Assembly: GCA_048941265.1 (NCBI GenBank)
Contig: JBHLNT010000069.1
Location: forward strand, 1-19,974
Direction: 5' to 3'
DNA: 19,974 nt
Source: Promethearchaeota archaeon
GTDB lineage: Archaea > Asgardarchaeota > Lokiarchaeia > Sigyniarchaeales > SOKP01
The notes under the pieces are model-generated. The model saw only the letters and a program-made list of their open reading frames with translations, did not search any database and was not told where the DNA came from. Shown here in pieces: positions 16,727 through 19,974 of this stretch. The translations under genes and the position numbers were made by a program. The stretch's first letter is position 1; the number at the start of each line of letters is the position of its first letter.

Positions 16727-16830
16727 GGGCTATTGGCGCAGTCAGGTAGCGCAACCGGCTCTTAACCGGCAGGTCGGGGGTTCGATACTCCCATTCGAAA
16801 AGAAGGGACGCGAAATTCCCTCATAGCCCG
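16727..16830 (+). tRNA. tRNA-Lys(CTT) with a 30-nt intron in the T-loop (59/60; intron 16787-16816)
   Basis: GGGCTAT TG GCGCAGTCAGGTAGCGC A ACCGG CT-CTT-AA CCGGC AGGTC GGGGG TTCGAT[ACTCCCATTCGAAAAGAAGGGACGCGAAAT]T CCCTC ATAGCCC G. BHB: central helix TTCG/CGAA, bulges ATA and ATT. Confidence 0.93.
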
Positions 16831-16831
16831 C

Positions 16832-16855
16832 TTTTTTCATTTTAAATTTTTTTAG
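16832..16855 (+). terminator. Oligo-T tracts after tRNA-Lys; putative archaeal terminator of the Ser(TGA)-Lys(CTT) transcript
   Basis: TTTTTTCATTTTAAATTTTTTT directly after the discriminator base. The region is generally AT-rich, so this is not very specific. Confidence 0.4.
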
Positions 16856-17065
16856 ATTTAGAACTTTTAGCTTTCTCTTTAATTTTCTGTAATTTAATAT
16901 AAATAGATTCAAATTTAATTATAAATCAAGCTATTATTAAAATTAAAGAACAAAATGATCATTTTTTTTAAAAATTAAGCTTAATATTGATATGTTATTT
17001 TAAGAAATAAATTCAATAATTTAATATCAATTTTTAAAAATAAAATAAGAAAAGGTGAACGTTAT

Positions 17066-17965
17066 ATGGCAGACGATATTGAAATTAAAAATGGAAAACT
17101 ATTCGGAGGTTGGCGGGCACCACAAAATCTTCTTAGAGCCAGTACTACATCTATTCATGATGATGGTGTAGCCAAAAGTGTTGGTATGCGTGGTGGTACG
17201 ATACAAGGAACTATTCATTTAAGCATGTTCGCACCTTTAGGACAGAAATTATTTGGTGACCGTTGGTTTGAGCAGGGGACTCTTAGCATGTATTACACGT
17301 TTGCAACAGTCGATAGAGAAGAAGTAAGAGCGATTATTGAATTAGACCCCGGAATAACTGAGGAGATGCTACCCATTGCAACAAACGATGTGCAATTTAA
17401 AGCATGGGCTGAATTAAAAGATGGGAAACAAATAATGACTGGAACTATATCAATAGGTTCCCCCAAAGAACCCTCATATTTACAAGCTGCAGAACTAAAA
17501 AATAGTAAGCCCGATGATTTACGTATATTAAAAGGAATTAAAGTCGGGGATGAGCTTCCCTCTAAAGAGATTTTAATTTCCCAAAAATCTGCTAATATTG
17601 GATTAAAGAGGATCACGGACCAATTGGAGTATTATAAAGAAAAATCTCCCTGGGGAAATACGATAATTTATCCTACAGCTATGTTTGAAGTCATGGCTTT
17701 TGGTTTCGAGCAAACAAGTTTTCAAGAATTCAAAGCCGTTCCGTTCTATGGTGCTACCGAACTAAGAAATATAAATGGACCAGCATTCATCGGTGTTCCT
17801 TATATTGCTAAAGGGAAATTCGTTTGTGTTGGAGCATCTAGTAAGACAGAGTATTTTTGGCTTGATTCTACATTAGAAGAAAAAGAAACAGGAAAGTTAG
17901 TCGCGTCAATGCGGCACTTGAATCGTTTTATGAAAGCAGGATCCCCACTTTATAAAAATCAATAA
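17066..17965 (+). CDS. Conserved hypothetical protein, probable double hot-dog fold (MaoC-like acyl-CoA dehydratase/hydratase superfamily)
   Basis: N-terminal SIHDDGVAKSVGMRGGTIQG resembles the MaoC hydratase motif (IH.D...A...G..G.I.HG); second half has SPWG..I.YP, YGATELRNINGP...G and hot-dog-like strands; AAAGGTGA Shine-Dalgarno upstream. Confidence 0.55.
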   Translation: MADDIEIKNGKLFGGWRAPQNLLRASTTSIHDDGVAKSVGMRGGTIQGTIHLSMFAPLGQKLFGDRWFEQGTLSMYYTFATVDREEVRAIIELDPGITEEMLPIATNDVQFKAWAELKDGKQIMTGTISIGSPKEPSYLQAAELKNSKPDDLRILKGIKVGDELPSKEILISQKSANIGLKRITDQLEYYKEKSPWGNTIIYPTAMFEVMAFGFEQTSFQEFKAVPFYGATELRNINGPAFIGVPYIAKGKFVCVGASSKTEYFWLDSTLEEKETGKLVASMRHLNRFMKAGSPLYKNQ

Positions 17966-18054
17966 TTATTTATCAGCTTCTAAATACATTACATTTTTAC
18001 CTTCTCATCTAAGAGAAAACTAGGACATTAATGGACTTTGAAAAAATCATAACC

Positions 18055-18618
18055 TTAGTACCTCAACCGTTCTTTGCCTATTGTAGAATGACCACCATGA
18101 CCAGGAAATATTTTGAACTCATCCGTAATTTTCGGATAATTTAATATTTTTCTAATGCTAACCATTAAATCATTATAATTATCTAGTTGCCTAGGGATTC
18201 TGCCACGCAAGAGAGTATCTCCAGTAAAGATCAGCTTGTTTTTATAATCTATCAGCATTATGTCATTTATAGTGTGACCTGGTGTTTCAATTACATGAAG
18301 ATGCTCTTCTCCTATCTCAATTACATCATCTTCTCTGATAAATTTCATGTTTTCAACATTTATTTTTTTCCCAAAATTCTTGATCAATAAGGGAATATTA
18401 TAATAATCCATAATATCAAAGGCGCATTGGATATGATCATGGTGTGCATGTGTACCTATTAAATAAACCGGTTTATATCCTTCTCTATTAATAAAGGTTT
18501 TAACATCGTTTGAATCAATCCCAGGATCAATAATGCCTACTTCTTTTGTATTTTCATCCCCGAAAAGATAACAATTCGTTCTGAATATCCCACTTACTAT
18601 CAACCGTTTTAAAATAAT
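18055..18618 (-). CDS. MBL-fold metallo-hydrolase (glyoxalase II-like)
   Basis: TNCY, IIDPG, THAHHDH, TPGHT, FTGDTL, FPGHG, STIGKER: the full metal-binding motif set. The ORF track starts at TTG 18603, but an in-frame ATT at 18618 lies 6 nt after GGTGA. Confidence 0.9.
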   Translation of the reverse strand: MILKRLIVSGIFRTNCYLFGDENTKEVGIIDPGIDSNDVKTFINREGYKPVYLIGTHAHHDHIQCAFDIMDYYNIPLLIKNFGKKINVENMKFIREDDVIEIGEEHLHVIETPGHTINDIMLIDYKNKLIFTGDTLLRGRIPRQLDNYNDLMVSIRKILNYPKITDEFKIFPGHGGHSTIGKERLRY

Positions 18619-18759
18619 AGTTATTCACCGATTCATTCAATATGTACTAGTTAAAGTGATTATACCAAAACAAATAGTCTTTTACAATTTCATTTTCCAA
18701 TCCAATTTCCTAGGGAAATTGAACTTTCACTCAAAAAAGACTCTGAATTTAGCTTTCTT

Positions 18760-19665
18760 TTAGGAGATTTGCAAATTCTTGAACACGATCTCAAAATCAG
18801 AAAAATCAAAAGGCTTTAGAATGTATCCATCAGCGCCCGTCTCTTCCAATTTCTTTTCCACCTCAGTCTCAGGAATGGCGGTTAAAAAAAATATCGGAAT
18901 GTCATTAAACTCATCATTTTCTTTAATTCTTTTGCATAGCTCATACCCACTCACGTCTGGTAAAATAATATCTAGTAAAATCAGTTTTGGTCTGGAACTA
19001 AGTATTTCTTCATACCCTTTCATTCCACTAATGGCGCCCTTACAAATAACCCCTCTGCTTTCAAAAAAGCTCTTTATTAGTCGAATTGTAGGAAGATCAT
19101 CCTCAATTAAAAGCACATCATATTCCGAGGCTTCTACTTTAATATCGTCTAAAATATTCACAATCTTGTTCTCAAGGAGAATACTCTGATCAAATATATT
19201 TTTGATCGTTGAGAGTACTTCATCATTCAGCTCCTTTTTGTAATTTTCCAGCAGTAATTGAGAAAATCCTTTTATCGTGGTAAGCGGCTCCTTTAACGCG
19301 TGCGAAATCTTGGTTACCGTTTGAGGATCCATTTTAAGTAAACTATTGCCCACTGAATCAGAAGATTTATCTATAAAATGATTTACAGACTCTCTAATTA
19401 GCTTCGAAATGGTGGAATAGTCATGCTTATCCTTAAACTCCTGCCACTTTTTCTTGGTATCCTCGGAAATATAAAGTGAAATCCGTTCCTTATCCCTATC
19501 ATAAACCTTTTCTCCATCCTTCCACTTCTTAAAACCCTCAGTTACCACGCCACGCCACACCGCATACTTCCCTGTTTCTGCCTCATAATCCTCCATCTCA
19601 GGTGTTTTTTCTATTTTTTCATCCTCTGGGTTATAGTCGTCTGAATCGTTTGAATCGTTGGCCAT
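18760..19665 (-). CDS. Hybrid signalling protein: acidic N-terminus + ribbon-helix-helix-like domain + HisKA (DHp) + receiver domain, without HATPase
   Basis: aa ~59-99 KERISLYISEDTKKKWQEF...STISKLIRESVNHFI (RHH pattern); aa ~118-175 ISHALKEPLTTIKGFSQLL (H-box, H122); aa ~183-301 REC with IEDD, LLD232, LT262A and K284PF. Confidence 0.82.
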   Translation of the reverse strand: MANDSNDSDDYNPEDEKIEKTPEMEDYEAETGKYAVWRGVVTEGFKKWKDGEKVYDRDKERISLYISEDTKKKWQEFKDKHDYSTISKLIRESVNHFIDKSSDSVGNSLLKMDPQTVTKISHALKEPLTTIKGFSQLLLENYKKELNDEVLSTIKNIFDQSILLENKIVNILDDIKVEASEYDVLLIEDDLPTIRLIKSFFESRGVICKGAISGMKGYEEILSSRPKLILLDIILPDVSGYELCKRIKENDEFNDIPIFFLTAIPETEVEKKLEETGADGYILKPFDFSDFEIVFKNLQIS

Positions 19666-19709
19666 TTCTTCACCAAATTTCTAATTTAAGTTTCTCAATC
19701 TCAAAAAAA

Positions 19710-19756
19710 TTTATCAAAAAAATTTTTGATAAAAAATTTTTATCAAAAAATTTGAT
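19710..19756. repeat. Array of alternating inverted TTATCAAAAA / TTTTTGATAA motifs upstream of the RHH-HisKA-REC gene
   Basis: TTTATCAAAAA (19710-19720) AA TTTTTGATAAAAA (19723-19735) A TTTTTATCAAAAA (19737-19749) A TTTGAT (19751-19756): overlapping palindromes with 11-bp, 13-bp and 6-bp arms. Confidence 0.6.
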
Positions 19757-19974
19757 CTCAAATTTATAGAATATTGAGTTCTTTTTAAATAATTTGTAAA
19801 AAATTACTGTTATAAACTTTATTGCGAAGTTTAATAAGTTTTTAATAATAATAAAATTCTGAATGGACCGTTATGATTTGGGGTAAAAAAATTCTAGTTT
19901 TTCTTGACTAACATGTCAAAAAGGAAATCAAAATCTGAAAAATTAAATGGTTTTAAGATGTAGCCATTAGCTCC

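Noticed and set aside
15509-16830. tRNA cluster as attachment sites of an integrated element
   Set aside because: No integrase or transposase and no duplicated tRNA 3' end were seen; the tRNA inserts are explained by BHB introns.
16043-19189. ORFs 16043-16255, 17293-17616, 18187-18390 and 18779-19189
   Set aside because: Antisense to the JAB, hot-dog, MBL and response-regulator genes; no independent coding signal.
19700-19760. Repeats as a CRISPR array or transposon end
   Set aside because: Units are ~11-13 nt, alternate in orientation and lack unique spacers; no cas or transposase gene in the window.

Overview
AT-rich archaeal chromosomal window, most likely from an Asgard archaeon (Lokiarchaeia-like; inferred mainly from an Asgard-type profilin and the archaeal informational genes). 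From left to right it contains: (1) the 3' part of a 2-oxoacid:ferredoxin oxidoreductase operon (delta, partial; alpha; beta), followed by a short TsaC/YrdC-type threonylcarbamoyl-AMP synthase and a stand-alone THUMP protein; (2) an ~11 kb minus-strand run of profilin-like protein, proteasome alpha, SBDS, exosome Rrp4/Rrp41/Rrp42, eL43 (L37ae), KEOPS Pcc1, prefoldin beta, DHH phosphoesterase, an ECF module (A, A', T), a Cys-rich DUF3795-like protein and KEOPS Cgi121, i.e. a rearranged exosome/proteasome superoperon; (3) a DUF2110-like protein; (4) four tRNA genes in two divergent pairs, all interrupted by BHB-type introns, three at non-canonical sites (two in the T-loop at 59/60, one in the D-arm at ~22/23), flanking a basic JAB/MPN protein with a rewired active site; (5) a double hot-dog-like protein, an MBL-fold hydrolase that may start at ATT, and an RHH-HisKA-REC fusion protein with no ATPase domain, preceded by an array of alternating inverted repeats. 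No mobile element or CRISPR array was seen. All calls come from reading motifs by eye; no database searches were run.
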